A stretch of 64,000 bases of DNA from Octopus vulgaris (taxonomy: Eukaryota): positions 22,506,001-22,570,000 of the forward strand of contig OX597841.1 of NCBI GenBank assembly GCA_951406725.2. The letters are read 5' to 3'. Each line of letters opens with the position of its first letter. Position 1 is the first letter of the stretch. Below, piece by piece: positions 1-13,178 of the stretch. The position numbers and the translations under genes are program-made. The notes beneath the pieces are model-generated. The model saw only the letters and a list, made by a program, of their open reading frames with translations. It did no database searches and was not told the origin of the DNA.

Positions 1-442
1 TTGCCAACCTGCGCCAGCACACATATATAGAACAGTAAACACACACATGTCTCTAAGTAGATTTTTCTCGCCCCTTATAAAACATCCAATATTCCTTAAA
101 TAGTCAGAACTTTATTCTCGGTCACAAAGAACATCTACACACCCTCACCCACAGGAATGACCGCTGCCTGACCCGTTAAAATCTTCAACCACCGGTTCTC
201 AACATACACTGATAAACAGTTTTGCCATGGGCTCTTAGGAGCCTAGTTCGATTTGTTTTGCTCCGCCTCTGTTCTGTTTTTGTTTTTTCCAACGGATTTC
301 CTATTTCTTCCTGAAGAGAAAGACACAATATGGTCTCATTATTCAATCGGATTTTGGTAAATTGTGCCTTTCGAAACACGTGTAGAATGAAATAAAACGA
401 TTTCTGTTCAATCTTCGTTCAGCTCCATTTCTTCAATTCACC

Positions 443-496
<54 letters not shown>

Positions 497-1034
497 CAAA
501 ATGGGACAAGAACGCAAAACATCCAAATAGACGAAACAAAAAACACGGACGGGTCATTGGAAGCCTTCTTCAGTCAAGAACCGGATCATCCTCGCAATCC
601 ATTTTACACTAACTTATGACGGAAAAATCGGATCTTGTAAATTTTCCGAAAGTCCCCCACCCCCCGGGTCCTTAGCGCAGTTTTTTTTTGTTTTTTTTCA
701 TATTCGTTTTCTACATAGTTACGGACAAAACCCTTTGTAACTTTTGTCCTGTGTTTTGTCCCTTTATGTTTTAATTGATTTTTGTTAGCCCTTGTGGCCA
801 ATAAACGAACGAATTATTATTATTATTATTATTATTTTGTTGTCTTTGAACGACAATAATTTCCTGAAACAGTGATTCTGTTATAATGGTTTCAATGCAT
901 TTAGGGAAGGCCATTTGCTTAGCTGATGTACTTTTTGTAGGCATTTAAACAAGAGGTCTATAAGTTCCCCTATTCATCAAGCAAAGTATAATCTCAACCA
1001 CATTTCAAACTTCACTTTCATAAATTCCACAATA

Positions 1035-1262
1035 TCATCATCATCATCATCGTTTAGCATCCGTTTTCCATGCTAGCATGGGTTGGACGGTTCAACTGGG
1101 GTCTGGGAAGCCAGAAGGCTGCACCAGGCCCAGTCTGATCTGGCAAAGTTTCTACGGCTGGATGCCCTTCCTAACGCCAACCACTCCGTGAGTGTAGTGG
1201 GTGCTTTTTACGTGCCAGACGGGGCTGGCAAATGGCCATGATCGGATGGTGCTTTTTACGTG
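1035..1262 (-). mobile_element. Short RTE-3'-type copy (others at ~4118-4258, 5428-5672, 24222-24386, 28294-28470, 35268-35500)
   Basis: (cat)n plus the ttccatgctagcatgggttggacgg...ggatgcccttcctaacgccaaccactcc core. Confidence 0.8.
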
Positions 1263-1267
1263 ATATA

Positions 1268-1307
<40 letters not shown>

Positions 1308-1439
1308 AGCGTATATATATCACACAGTTACTCGCCATACACACAAAAAAACGCACACGTACACACACACATACTACAACAAAACACACAGACGAGACAT
1401 ATACACGCACACACACATTCCTTCCTGTTTCTGATCTGT

Positions 1440-1827
1440 GACTCGCTACTGCTGCTTGCCACTAGCCTTCGCCCACCATATACACACAATACACACACAC
1501 GCCTTCACTCACACACACACCCTTGTCATCTCGCACACCGTTGTTTACCATTCCTTCTTTGAATCCGCTCTCCTGTCTTTGAAAACCTGCTCCCTCTTGT
1601 TTACCACTTCCACCTTTTCAGTATGTGACCTCGTGAAGACCACTTGCATTTTTTTTCCCTCTGTCCTCCCACCTCGGGATCTTTCCTTCTCCTATGTTTC
1701 CGACGTAGAGCTCCGCTCGAAACGTCATACCCTCCTTCTTCCCTTTTTTCCTGAGCGCCCAATAATACTTTCTTTGTTCCACATCCTTGCGTTGTTGTCT
1801 TTTTGTTTTCTTGTTTGGATTAACTTA

Positions 1828-1828
<1 letters not shown>
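1440..1828 (+). mobile_element. Penelope-like pLTR remnant with a degenerate hammerhead (related copies ~23090-23265 and 34300-34490)
   Basis: Shared tatgtttcYgWcRWagagc-loop-gctcgaaacgt...ttcctgagcg block; two of the three copies are followed by (TA)n. Confidence 0.55.
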
Positions 1829-1858
<30 letters not shown>

Positions 1859-1922
1859 TATATAAATGTTGTGCAGTAAGAATGTGTAACTGGAATTTAG
1901 AAATCTGTTAGTTTTACAAAAG

Positions 1923-2068
1923 ATTTTCTGATGTAAATATTAATAAATTAGAAAGTTCTGTTGTTCAGGTAAATGTTTATTTCTAGAGTTTATCTTTATG
2001 GAAATGTTGATTCTGTGTTTTTTTAAGTAGCCTCTATATCTTACACTGTTGTTTCTTTATTATTTCAG
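1923..2068 (+). other. Putative 5'UTR mini-exon (1923-1968) and 100-bp intron (1969-2068) of ZNF-A
   Basis: AG at 1921-1922, donor cag|GTAAAT at 1969, pyrimidine tract tttctttattatttcAG ending at 2068. The same block lies upstream of ZNF-B, C and D; only the acceptor part is present in ZNF-E. Confidence 0.6.
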
Positions 2069-2431
2069 AATATCAGATGACATTGGCATAACTGAAGATA
2101 CGTTCTCATTATTTATCATCTTTTAAAGACCAAAATGAAAATATTGTACAGAACAGATATATAAGATTGTTTCTATAAATCTGTGGCGGAATTCCTCTGA
2201 TATATTTACTCTGAAATGTGTTATTAGCAAATCTTCTGGACATCACTGGCTGGAGTGTCTACAAGATGTGTCTCTTTGCAAATTAAACTTGGGTAAATTT
2301 ACTAACGAGTTTTGGGACAAAGGTAACACTGGACAGAAATACAGCAGTCGAAATACTTGCAAACAAAAGACTATAGAAGTACAAAGAAGAAAACATATAT
2401 TTATATATTTTGTGATTTTCAAAGAAACATA

Positions 2432-3850
2432 ATGGAAAAGAGTGAGAAACTAAAGGATCTGACTTTTCCAGAAGAAAAAGGGAAACAAAAATTGTCACAT
2501 GACTGTGATGTGTGTAAAAAGTCCTTCTCTGAAAAGGGTCACTTGAATAAGCACGAGCATATTCATACAGAGGAAAAACGATTTCACTGTGAGATCTGTG
2601 GTAAATCATTCTCTAAAAATAATAACTTGACTACACACAAACGTATTCATACTGGAGAGAAGCCTTATCGTTGTGATGTCTGTGGTAAATCATTCTCTGA
2701 CCGAAGTCATTTAAATTCTCACAAACATATTCATACAGGAGAGAAGCCATTTCACTGTGACATCTGTGGTAAATCTTTCTCTGCCAGTAGGAACCTAACT
2801 ACTCATAAACATATTCATACGGGAGAGACACCATATTCTTGTGATATCTGTGGTAAATCATTCACTCAAAGTGGGAACTTAACTGCTCACAAACGTTTCC
2901 ATACAGGAGAGAAGCCATATCAGTGCAACATTTGTGGCAAATCTTTCTCTGCCAGTAGTACCCTGACTAAACACAGACGTATTCATACAGGAGAAACACC
3001 ATATTCTTGTGACATCTGTGGTAAATCATTCTCTCAAATTGGGTGTTTAACTGCTCACAAATATATTCATACAGGAGAGAAGCTGTATCATTGCGACATC
3101 TGTGGCAAGTCTTTCTCTCTCAGTAGGAACCTAACTACACATATGCGTATTCATACAGGAGAGAAGCCCTATCACTGTGATGTCTGTGGTACATCATTCT
3201 CTCAGAGTGGGTATTTAACTTCTCACAAACGTATTCATACAGGAGAGAAGCCATTTCACTGCGACATTTGTGGTAAATCATTCTCTCAAAGTGGGCACTT
3301 AACTGCTCACAAACGTATTCATAAAGGAGAGAAGCTGTATCAGTGCGACATCTGTGGCAAATCTTTCTCTCTCAGTAGGAATCTAACTACACATAAGCGT
3401 ATTCATACAGGAGAGAAGCCCTATCACTGTGATGTCTGTGGTACATCATTCTCTGTCCAAAGTGTTTTAAAATCTCACAAACGTGTTCATACAGGAGAGA
3501 AGCCATTTCACTGTGATGTCTGTGGTAAATCATTCTTTCAAAAAGGTAACTTGACTACACACAAACGTATTCATACAGGGGAGAGACCATATTCTTGTGA
3601 TATCTGTGGTAAATCATTCTCTGAAAGTGGCAGCCTAACTACTCATAAACGTATTCATACAGGAGAGACACCATATCACTGTGATATCTGTGGTAAATCA
3701 TTCTCTGACCAAAGTGCTTCCATTTCTCACAAACGTATTCATACAGGAGAGACACCATATTCTTGTGATATCTGTGGTAGGTCATTCACTCAACATGGCA
3801 GCTTAACTTCTCACAAATGTGTTCATCAGGGGAAGAAGCAATCCCACTGA
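2432..3850 (+). CDS. C2H2 zinc-finger protein ZNF-A, 472 aa, 16 fingers, no KRAB/SCAN/BTB domain
   Basis: ATG at 2432 (MEKSEK..., the start shared by all five paralogs; the track's TTG start at 2357 is not used). 16 CxxC-x12-HxxxH repeats with TGEKP/TGETP linkers; ends [11 protein letters not shown]. Confidence 0.93.
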   Translation: MEKSEKLKDLTFPEEKGKQKLSHDCDVCKKSFSEKGHLNKHEHIHTEEKRFHCEICGKSFSKNNNLTTHKRIHTGEKPYRCDVCGKSFSDRSHLNSHKHIHTGEKPFHCDICGKSFSASRNLTTHKHIHTGETPYSCDICGKSFTQSGNLTAHKRFHTGEKPYQCNICGKSFSASSTLTKHRRIHTGETPYSCDICGKSFSQIGCLTAHKYIHTGEKLYHCDICGKSFSLSRNLTTHMRIHTGEKPYHCDVCGTSFSQSGYLTSHKRIHTGEKPFHCDICGKSFSQSGHLTAHKRIHKGEKLYQCDICGKSFSLSRNLTTHKRIHTGEKPYHCDVCGTSFSVQSVLKSHKRVHTGEKPFHCDVCGKSFFQKGNLTTHKRIHTGERPYSCDICGKSFSESGSLTTHKRIHTGETPYHCDICGKSFSDQSASISHKRIHTGETPYSCDICGRSFTQHGSLTSHKCVHQGKKQSH

Positions 3851-3885
3851 TATTTGTGCTAAATCATAATCTCTAAGGGGTGACT

Positions 3886-4110
3886 GAAACCCTTTACCAT
3901 GCAGATTATTCTGTCAAATGTGAGGGTTATTTATTCACATAATTTTCAATTTGTCCTGCATTAACCCACAGCTTTCAAGTTTTGATGATATGATTGTGTA
4001 TTTTCACAATGACATTGTAGGGTAGGTGTAAGAAGCCGACTCTGACTAGTTTGATCATAAAATAGGTAGAATATTTGGGCCAGATGTGGCTGGTTTAAAT
4101 TCTAAAGAGT
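3886..4110. mobile_element. Old piggyBac-like MITE in the ZNF 3'UTR (homologs ~7130-7310, 30985-31200, 41675-41845, 54960-55100)
   Basis: Ends aacccttta... / ...taaagagt resemble TTAA-CCC...GGG-TTAA termini; the dispersed copy near 55 kb is not next to a ZNF gene. Confidence 0.5.
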
Positions 4111-4622
4111 GGACACTAGATGCACCAAGTTGTCTGATCTGGCAGTGTTTCTACAGCTGGATGCCCTTCCTAATGCCAACCAGTCTGTGAGTGTAGTGGG
4201 TGCTTTTTACGTGCCACCTGCACAGGTGCCAGATGAGGCTGGCAAACGGCTACGATGGGATATTATAAATACAGTCCTGCCCCGTCTCACTGTAGCATTG
4301 CTCTCCGCTAGTCCTGACCTGTATGTTCCACCCCCATTCCCTGTCTTACTGTATTATTGCTACTGGCTTGCCCTCAACCTATGTCTTCCACCCACATGTA
4401 ACAAGAAAACCTTTACACACCCTACCCCCAACAAACCAATCTACATCTCTTCTTCACATTCCTTCCATACACTATGCCTACCTCTCACTCCCCCAATCCT
4501 GTCCTCATGGTGCTATTCCTCTGTATCATTGCTATCCGGTAGCCCCTTGACCCTATATAATACCCAGATTGTCATCACTCAACACCCCCTACACTCTAAT
4601 CATGCTTCCTTTGCAGTATCCT

Positions 4623-4765
4623 ATTCCTTTACTACCCACAAGGGGCTAAAAACAGAGGGGACAAACGGATTAAGTCGATTACATCAACCCTAGTGCGTAA
4701 CTGGTACTTATTTAATCGACCCTAAAAGGATGAAAAGCAAAGTCGACCTCGGCGGAAATTGAACT
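4623..4765 (-). mobile_element. 5'-truncated S1 SINE monomer with 9-bp TSD
   Basis: cagtatcct at 4614-4622 and 4766-4774. Other S1 or S1-related copies lie at ~24672-24825, 51637-51855, 51930-52137 and 55105-55243. Confidence 0.8.
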
Positions 4766-7345
4766 CAGTATCCTGTCCCTTATATTATGATGTTGAAACC
4801 CCAAGGTTATGGCCTGGCCCTTGCCACCATCTATATCTCTTTCTTCCCTTACTCAAGGATCCCCATTTATGTTCAAATCCCCTCCCTAGTGAATACGCCC
4901 ATCATTTTGCCACTATCTCCATCGTGCTGTCTCCCACCCTCTATCTTCTTCTCCTGCATTTCCCTCGGGCTGGGTAACCATGTATCTCCTTTGTGGCGGC
5001 ACACCTGTTTCTGTCTTCATCCTGATCTCTCTCTCTCTGGCCTGGTAAACTTGTACTTCCTCTACAGCGACGGACAGATCACAACAACAGATGCTGCCCA
5101 ACACACAGAACCAAACCAGGAAGATGCTACAGAATTTCAACTGTGATACAACTCCCACTGTTCCAGATAGAGTTCGTTAAAACTTGCCAAACCTGTTACT
5201 TCACAATTTGTAAGACATTTGCCATGTATTTTTATAAAGAGTTGTAATAAATAATAGTTGCCTCCAATTTACCTGGTTCTTCTTGTCATTCTTTTATATA
5301 GGGTAACTCCAGGCACACAAACTAGACCAGCCACAGTTAACTCTCCAGCAAAACTCATAACCAATGCTACAGAATTTCAACTGTGATACAACTTCCACTG
5401 TTCCAGATAGAGTTCATTAAAATTTGTGATGGTTCAACTGGGGTCTGGGAAGCCAGGAGGCTGCACCAGGCCCAGTCTGTTCTGACAATGTTTCTACAGC
5501 TGGATGCCCTTCCTAATGCCAACCACTCCGTTAGTGTAGTGGTTGCTTTCATGTGCCACTGGCACGGAGGCCAAACGATGCTGGCAACAGCTACGATCGG
5601 ATGGTGCTTTTATGTGCAACCTGCACGGAGGACAATCGGGCGGCGCTGGCAGCAGCCACGTTCGGATGGTTCCTTTGTGTGTGTATATGTATATATACTA
5701 CTCGTAGTAATACCTGTCATTAATTGGGTAAATGTTTTTATTCTTTCTTGAGAGCCACATTCAAAGTATTATTATATGTATAGTTTACCCCTCCTGTATG
5801 TGTGTATTTTATAAGAGAAAAATGAAATAACTGAAGTAGGAAAAAGACCAGTTTCATACACAGGCTTCTGTTTTATTTATCAAAACACTAATGGCAATTA
5901 TATACTCTTTACTCTTTTACTTGTTTCAGTCAGTGACTTTGAGTAAGTCCTCAACACCACCGTCTTCCTTTCAAGCTCTTTTAACCATTTTTTGGGAGGT
6001 GTCAAGTCCCACACAAGAAATTCCTTTGCCATTTCAACACAAAGTTCAATTACAGTTCAAAATGTAAGAAAATAAAATAAGACACAAAAAAAGAAGGGAA
6101 GAAATAAAATAAAAAATAACAGTTCAAAAAAGAGTTCTTTTATTTTTTTAAATAAACGAAAGCTTTGAAGAAGAGAGTTCAAATCCAGGCAAAGAAATAA
6201 ATTAATTTTCGGCCGAAAAAGTACTCCTGGCCAAATGTACATAGGTTCCTTGGTATGAATCGTCTTTACCCGTAATTGGTAAAAGAAATCCAAACACAAT
6301 ACTGGCTACAGCCAACGGTAACTGTACCAGGTTCTAATCATTCGGGCGAGGATACGTCCCTCCACTGTTTTTGTTTTTTTTATGAATCCAAAATATTCAC
6401 ACTAAATTCACAAAACAGCAGCCACCGAGAGCAGGCGAAATTTGTTAACAAAAAATAACAATATAACAAATTACACCCAGCTCAGATAAAACAAAATCAC
6501 TTGCCTCGACAACCTTCTCTGTATTTCTTCTTTTTTCTTGTAATTGGCCAGAGCCAAAACACTCACGTCCACCTTGCAAAAACAGTCCTTCCTGCCTTGG
6601 TAATCCACAGACACGAAGATAATTTTCGCAAAGAAATTAATTTTTGCGGAGGGGCTACGCCTCCTCGAAAACACAATTCTCACTGCAAAGTGAGTCTTTA
6701 TAGGCAGCCACAGGCAGGCAAATGTTTGGAGCAGAGTGGAGTCTATTACTCACCAAAAAATATTAAATACAGGGCAACAAACTCCACTAAACCCTCAAAA
6801 TATACGACAAACGCCTACCTGTAGTCGAGCCTCAAAGTTCAATATTTCACGACGAAAGACGTGACATCAAGCAGCAAGAACTCTCCGCCAAAAACAAACA
6901 CGTCTATCTCCGACAAAGGGAAGCAAGCTACTTACCACACAACTACTCCTGTTTACTCAATTTGAAAACTCTTTGTATTGTCTTTTATCTCTTGTGTCCG
7001 TGTGTGCGCCTAAGTTCATATATGAGTAGTGTCCCCTTAATATCACGCAAAAATTGATAAAAATTTGAGAATTAAAATTAAATATCTTTTTTCTAATTCA
7101 TAGAATTTTACTAAACCTCTATCAATACATCCCTTTAACATAGCACATAGCCAGACTCAGCCTCTTGCACCTACCATACGATGCCATTCTGAAAATACAC
7201 AACCACATCATCAAAACTTGAAAACTGTGAGTTAATGGATGACAAATTGAAATTAATGTGAATAAATAACCCTCACATTTGACAGAATAACCTGCATGGT
7301 AAAGGGTTTCAGTAACCCCTTAGAGATTATGATTTAGCGCAAAAA

Positions 7346-9274
7346 TTAGTGGGATTGCTTCTTCCCCTGATGAACACGTTTGTGAGAAGTTAAGCTGCTA
7401 TGTTGAGTAAATGACCTTCCACAGATATCACAAGAATATAGCTTCTCTCCTGTATGGATACGTTTGTGAGAAATGAAAGCACTTTGGTGAGAGAATGATT
7501 TACCACAGATATCACAGTGATATGGTGTCTCTCCTGTATGAATACGTTTATGAGTAGTTAGGTGGCCACTTTGAGAGAATGATTTACCACAGATATCACA
7601 GTGATATGGTGTCTCTCCTGTATGGGAACGTTTATGAGTAGTTAGGTGGCCACTTTGAGAGAATGATTTACCACAGATTTCACAGTGAAATGGTGTCTCT
7701 CCTGTATGAATACGTTTGTGTAAAGTCAAATAAATTTTTTGAGAGAATAATTTACCACAAATATCACAAGAATATGGTGTTTCTCCTGTATGAATACGTC
7801 TGTGTCCAGTTAAGTTACAACTCACGGTGAATGATTTACCACAGATATCACAGTGGTATGGCTTCTCTCCTGTATGAAGACGTTCATGAGTAGTTAAGTT
7901 GCCACTTTTAGAGAATGATTTACCACAGATTTCACAGTGAAATGGTGTCTCTCCTGTATGAATACGTTTATGAGTAGTTAGGTTCCTTCTATCAGAGAAA
8001 GATTTGTTACAGATGTCGCACTGATATGGCTTCTCTCCTGTATGAATACGTTTATGGGTCATTAGGTTACAACTGGTAGAGAAAGATTTGTTACAGACAT
8101 CACAGTGATATGGCTTCTCTCCTGTATGGAAACGTTTATGTTTAGCTAAGTCGCCACTTTGAGAGAATGATTTACCACAGATATCACAAGAATATGGTGT
8201 TTCACCTGTATGAATACGTTTGTGTCCAGTTAAGTTAGAACTCACGGAGAATGATTTACCACAGATATCACAGTGGTATGGCTTCTCTCCTGTATGGGAA
8301 CGTTTGTGAGTAGTTAAGTTGCAACTCTGAGAGAATGATTTACCACAGATATCACAAGAATATGGTGACTCTCCTGTATGAATACCTTTATGAGTAGTTA
8401 GGTTCCTTCTATCAGAGAAAGATTTGTTACAGATGTTGCACTGATATGGCTTCTCTCCTGTATGGGAACGTTTATGAGTAGTTAAGTTGCAACTTTGAGA
8501 GAATGATTTACCACAGATATCACAATGATATGGTGACTCTCCTGTATGAATACGTTTATGAGTAGTTAGGTCCCTACTGGCAGGGAAAGATTTGTTACAG
8601 ATGTTGCACTGATATGGCTTCTCTCCTGTATGAATACGTTTGTGTAAAGTCAAGACATCTTTTCGAGAGAATGATTTACCACAGATGACACAGTGAAATG
8701 GCTTCTCTCCTGTATGAATACGCTCGTGTCTAGTGACGTGTATGGCTGAAAGGAATGATTTACCACAAATGCCACAATGATAAGGCTTCTCATCTGCATG
8801 GATATGTCTGTGAGTAGTTAAGAAACTGCTTACAGCAAATGATTTACCACAAATATCACACTGAAATGGCTTCTCTCCTGTATGATTACGTTTATGATAA
8901 GTTAGAGCACTTTTACCAGAAAATGATTTACCACAGATATTACAGGAATATGGTGTCTCTCCTGTATGAAGAAGTTTGTGTTTAGTCAATGTACCACTTG
9001 CAGAGAATGATTTACCACAGATGTTACAGTGAAATGGCTTCTCTCCAGTATGAACACGTATGTGAGAATTTAAAGCACTTCGGTCAGAGAATGATTTACC
9101 ACAGATTCCACAGTGAAATGGCTTCTCTCCTGTATGAATACGTTTGTGCTTATTTAAGTTACCTTTTTGAGAGAAAGACTTTTTACACACATCACAGTCA
9201 TGTGACAATTTTTGTCTCTCTTTTTTGCTATCTTCTGGAAAAATCTGTTCCTTCACTTTCTCACTCTTTTCCAT
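7346..9274 (-). CDS. C2H2 zinc-finger protein ZNF-B, 642 aa, 22 fingers
   Basis: Uninterrupted ORF from MEKSEK to HQGKKQSH with 22 canonical fingers. Conserved acceptor at 9631-9632. Confidence 0.94.
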   Translation of the reverse strand: MEKSEKVKEQIFPEDSKKERQKLSHDCDVCKKSFSQKGNLNKHKRIHTGEKPFHCGICGKSFSDRSALNSHIRVHTGEKPFHCNICGKSFSASGTLTKHKLLHTGETPYSCNICGKSFSGKSALTYHKRNHTGEKPFQCDICGKSFAVSSFLTTHRHIHADEKPYHCGICGKSFLSAIHVTRHERIHTGEKPFHCVICGKSFSRKDVLTLHKRIHTGEKPYQCNICNKSFPASRDLTTHKRIHTGESPYHCDICGKSFSQSCNLTTHKRSHTGEKPYQCNICNKSFSDRRNLTTHKGIHTGESPYSCDICGKSFSQSCNLTTHKRSHTGEKPYHCDICGKSFSVSSNLTGHKRIHTGETPYSCDICGKSFSQSGDLAKHKRFHTGEKPYHCDVCNKSFSTSCNLMTHKRIHTGEKPYQCDICNKSFSDRRNLTTHKRIHTGETPFHCEICGKSFSKSGNLTTHERLHTGEKPYHCDICGKSFTVSCNLTGHRRIHTGETPYSCDICGKLFSQKIYLTLHKRIHTGETPFHCEICGKSFSQSGHLTTHKRSHTGETPYHCDICGKSFSQSGHLTTHKRIHTGETPYHCDICGKSFSHQSAFISHKRIHTGEKLYSCDICGRSFTQHSSLTSHKRVHQGKKQSH

Positions 9275-10611
9275 TATTTTTCCTTCAACTTCACAATATA
9301 CCTTCTTTTTTTATTCTTTTTGCTTCTATAGTCTTCTGTTTACAAATATTTCAACTGTTGTATTTCTGGCCACTGTTACCTTTGTCACAAAACAATTAAA
9401 TTTATCCACGTTCAATCTGCAAACAGACACATCTTGTAGACACTCCAGCCAGTGATGTCCAGAAGGTTTGCTAATAACACATTTCAGAGTAAATATATCA
9501 GAGGAATTCCACCACAGATTTATAGAAACAATCTTATATATCTGTTCTGTACAATATTTCCATTTTGGTCTTTAAAAAGCTGATAAATAATGAGAATGTA
9601 TCTTCAGTTATGCCAATGTCATCTGATATTCTGAAATAATAAAGAAACAACAGTGTAAGATATAGAGGCTACTTAAAAAAATACAGATTCAACATTTCCA
9701 TAAAGATAAACTCTAGAAATAAACATTTAACTGAACAACAGAACTTTCTAATTTATTAATATTTACATCACAAAATCCTGTTTGAAGCTAACATATTTCT
9801 AAACTCCAGCTCCACATTCATAAATACACACACACATACACTTTTTTACTGGTTTCAGTTGTTTTGACTGTGGTCATGCTGGAGCACCAACTTTAAAGGC
9901 TTCAGTCAATAGAATCAATGCTAGGACTTATTTTTTCAGCTTAGCACTTATTCTATCAGCCACTTTTGCCAAACCACAGGTTTATGGGGACATAAACACA
10001 CCAACACTGTTTGTCAAGTGTTGAAGGGGTGGGAGGACAACACACTCACATATATATTGGGCTTCCTTCAGTTTCCATCTCCCAAATCCATTCACAAGGC
10101 CAGAGGATATTGTAGAAAATGTATGTCTGTGACTAGTTACCTAACAGCTCACAATTTCTTCTCTTTAACTACATAAAGGGAAAAAATTACTGGAAATAGT
10201 CATTACTCATTTTGCCCCATGAGGAGATTCCACGAATGATTACAAAAAGTTTATCAGCCAAGCAAATGGCCTTCCCTGAATGCATTGAAATCATTATAAC
10301 AGAATCAGTATTTCAGGAAATTATCATTGTTCTCTTTGAGTGTGTAGAAAGAGAAATTTGGCAGAGGCAAGAAAAGGTGAAATTGTCTCTTCAAATTATC
10401 CAAAATTACATTTGAAAACAAAGACTCAAACACATCAATATCTATCCTTCGACATCTTACAGATCAGAAATGCAAAAAGCTATTTAAGTATCGAATTCAA
10501 TTGAAAGAGAATCAGAGAAAAATTGCAAATGATGTGAAATTAATGAATATCGAATAAATGGGGGTGAAAAAAATCAACATAAAATATCATCAACAGTTTC
10601 TTCAAGATCTC

Positions 10612-10920
10612 TTCGTGGTTAGGGCAGCGGACTCGCGGTCGTAGGATTGCGGTTTCGATTCCCAGACCGGGCGTTGTGAGTGTTTATTGAGCGAAAACAC
10701 CAAAAAGCTCCACGAGGCCCCGGCAGGGGATGGTGGTGATCCCTGCCCTACTCTTTCACCACAACTTTCTCTCACTCTTACTTCCTGTTTCTGTTGTACC
10801 TGTATTTCAAAGGGCCGGCCTTGTCACTCTCTGTGTCACGCAAAATATCCCCGAGAACTACGTTAAGGGTACACGTGTTTGTGGAGTGCTCATCGTCGTA
10901 ACCGACGGAGTGCTTCCATC
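10612..10920 (+). mobile_element. tRNA-derived SINE, family S3 (second copy 18955-19235 on minus)
   Basis: gtggttagggcagcggact...ggtttcgattcccagaccggg A/B-box head with a shared body. Confidence 0.78.
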
Positions 10921-11276
10921 CACTGACAAGAGATTATTGAAAGTAGTCATTACTCATTTTGCCCCATCTTAGTCATGATTTTTGATAATTGAAAATTACC
11001 AAATTAGACACTAAACGGGGGGTAAAAATTGATCCGGAATCTAAGAGAGAGAAGAATATTGATGGTTAAACACCGAACATCATCCAGATAATTTATTAGT
11101 AACCTCGATTATTATCGGATTGAGAGTTGAGGGAAAATTTCTTGACAATTAAAAGGACCTGCAACTCCAACAACTATAAGGACAAATTCCCAGTCCTAAA
11201 TATATATTTCTTTACTCACCACAAGGGGCTAGACACAGAGGGGACAAACAAGGCCAGAAAAACGGATTAAGTCGAT

Positions 11277-13147
11277 CAACAGGAAGAACCGGAATAAATC
11301 CTCCAATCATCTCAAGCAAGTGACAAAAAAAGCAGTGCTTGAATTTGAACAGTGCATAGCAGCCAATCCTGACAGCAAGGTTTTCTGGAAATATGTGCAC
11401 TCAAAGCAGAGACCTCACCCTCCAGTGGGCCCTCTTCGCAACCCTCACACAAACCAGATCACTGACGACCCCAAGGAATGCGCAGAACTCATTGCCGAGT
11501 GCTATGCAAACATATTCACTGTTGAAAGTCAAAATGTACCATCTTCACCATCACTAACAGCAAACTCCATAACAACTATGGAATTTACACCTGCAATGCT
11601 GCGACGTCACCTTCAAAATAAGCGCAACTATGCCTCCCCTGGTCTCGATGGAGTTACATACCTGCTTCTCAAACGTGGCAGGCACTTCCTTTTACACCAG
11701 CTTTCTATTTTCTTCCAGTACTGTCTCAACAATGGTGCTACTCCGGAGCAGTGGAAAACTGCCAGTGTCATTCCTCTGTTCAAAAAGGGCGACCGCACAT
11801 CACCTGTCAACTATCGCCCAGTCAGTCTCACTAGCTGTATTGCAAAACTGATGGAATCGTGTGTCAGAGAAACACTCTGGAACTTCTGGAGCTCTCACAG
11901 TCTCATCCGACCCTCACAATATGGATTTGTCCCTAACTCCAGCTGCAGTGACCAGCTTGTCGAGTTCCTTGAGGACATTACTCAGATTACTGACAGTGGC
12001 TCATGGGTGGATGTTGTCTACCTTGACTTTGCTAAGGCTTTCAACTCTGTGCCACACAAAAGGCTTATGGTGAAACTCTCTGCAATGGGTGTGGGGGATG
12101 ACCTTTTTAACTGGTTGAAATCCTTCATCCTCAGCCGAAAGGAGGTAGTCACAGTTCTAGGACAGCACTCTACACCATATGAGATGTCATCGGGTGTACC
12201 ACAGGGATCTGTCCTTGGTCCCCTCTTGTTTGTGGCATACATTAACGACATAGATGCCAATTTAAAGAATGCCACAGTATTGAAATATGCAGACGACATC
12301 AAGCTGTACCTTGAAATCAAGAGGACAGATCCTGATGTCTACAACTCTTTCCTGCAATCAGACCTAGACACAATGCAGCAATGGATCACAGACTGGCAAC
12401 TGAAACTGGCTGTGGACAAGTGTACCACCATGCATTTTGGGAGAAAAAACCCTGCGTTCACTTACTCCCTCCACAACACTGATATCAAGAAATCCTCTTG
12501 CGAGCGTGACCTAGGCATCACTGTCAGCAGTGATTTGCATTGGTCAAAGCATATCTCTAAGATTGTCAGGAAGGCCGAGGGTGTCTTGGCATCACTCAGC
12601 AGGTCTTTTGTTAGCCGCTCTCCAGCCATCTATTTAAAACTGTATACAGCTATGGTACGACCACACTTGGAATTCGCATCATCAGTTTGGAACCCCTATC
12701 TTGCACAGAACATTGACCTCCTGGAATCTGTCCAGAGACGTGCAACCAAACGCATACCCTCCATCAGACACCTACCATATTCTGAGCGCCTTGTTTCCCT
12801 GGGCATGGATTCACTGAAGCTCCGGCGTTTGGCGACGGACTTGGTAAACACCCACAAAGTTATCAACCACCTCACCAACAACAACACTGAACACCTTTTT
12901 GATCTCCATGTGTCTAACACACGTGGACATGCCTACAAAGTCAGAAAACAATACAGCTCCCATGACTTTCGGAAACATTTTTTCACGCTCAGAGTTGCTG
13001 AAGCATGGAATAAACTGCCTGCGTCAGTTGTTGACTGCCATGACACTGCATCTTTTAAGGCCCTCATGCTTTCCGAAATCCGCCGAAACTACACCTGATT
13101 ATATATACACTTTAGATGAGTTGTAGTGCACCTGAGCACTGTACACA

Positions 13148-13176
<29 letters not shown>
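11277..13176 (+). mobile_element. 5'-truncated CR1/L2-type LINE with (ATT)n tail
   Basis: RT motifs NYRPVSLTS, LDFAKAF, GVPQGSVLGP, YADD and C-terminal FFTLRVAEAWNKLP. No endonuclease domain. (att)n tail at 13148-13176. Confidence 0.93.
11278..13098 (+). CDS. LINE ORF2 fragment (reverse transcriptase), open from the 5' truncation point
   Basis: Frame is open from 11278 (NRKNRNKSSNHLKQVTKK...) to the TGA at 13098, with no genuine start codon. Confidence 0.85.
   Translation, partial: NRKNRNKSSNHLKQVTKKAVLEFEQCIAANPDSKVFWKYVHSKQRPHPPVGPLRNPHTNQITDDPKECAELIAECYANIFTVESQNVPSSPSLTANSITTMEFTPAMLRRHLQNKRNYASPGLDGVTYLLLKRGRHFLLHQLSIFFQYCLNNGATPEQWKTASVIPLFKKGDRTSPVNYRPVSLTSCIAKLMESCVRETLWNFWSSHSLIRPSQYGFVPNSSCSDQLVEFLEDITQITDSGSWVDVVYLDFAKAFNSVPHKRLMVKLSAMGVGDDLFNWLKSFILSRKEVVTVLGQHSTPYEMSSGVPQGSVLGPLLFVAYINDIDANLKNATVLKYADDIKLYLEIKRTDPDVYNSFLQSDLDTMQQWITDWQLKLAVDKCTTMHFGRKNPAFTYSLHNTDIKKSSCERDLGITVSSDLHWSKHISKIVRKAEGVLASLSRSFVSRSPAIYLKLYTAMVRPHLEFASSVWNPYLAQNIDLLESVQRRATKRIPSIRHLPYSERLVSLGMDSLKLRRLATDLVNTHKVINHLTNNNTEHLFDLHVSNTRGHAYKVRKQYSSHDFRKHFFTLRVAEAWNKLPASVVDCHDTASFKALMLSEIRRNYT

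Positions 13177-13178
<2 letters not shown>

Noticed and set aside
185-600. Possible Penelope GIY-YIG C-terminal remnant (EQ...IELGS*EP-HG) and degenerate hammerhead on minus
   Set aside because: Requires several frameshifts; too degraded to call without a profile search.
1171-1911. YIYI/THTH-rich ORFs
   Set aside because: Translations of (TA)n and (CA)n microsatellites.
2357-2431. N-terminal extensions from TTG starts (also 39496-39633)
   Set aside because: Non-ATG and not conserved in frame; all five paralogs share the MEK ATG.
5124-5425. ~62-bp direct repeat 240 bp apart
   Set aside because: A simple local duplication with no terminal or coding features.
10212-10590. Protein-like ORF conserved with 35670-36020
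   Set aside because: Interrupted by stops, antisense within the duplicated ZNF intron, and no recognisable domain; duplication explains the conservation.
10612-10670. tRNA genes at SINE heads (also ~19190-19235, 29810-29877)
   Set aside because: A/B boxes are present but there is no full cloverleaf, and each continues into a SINE body.
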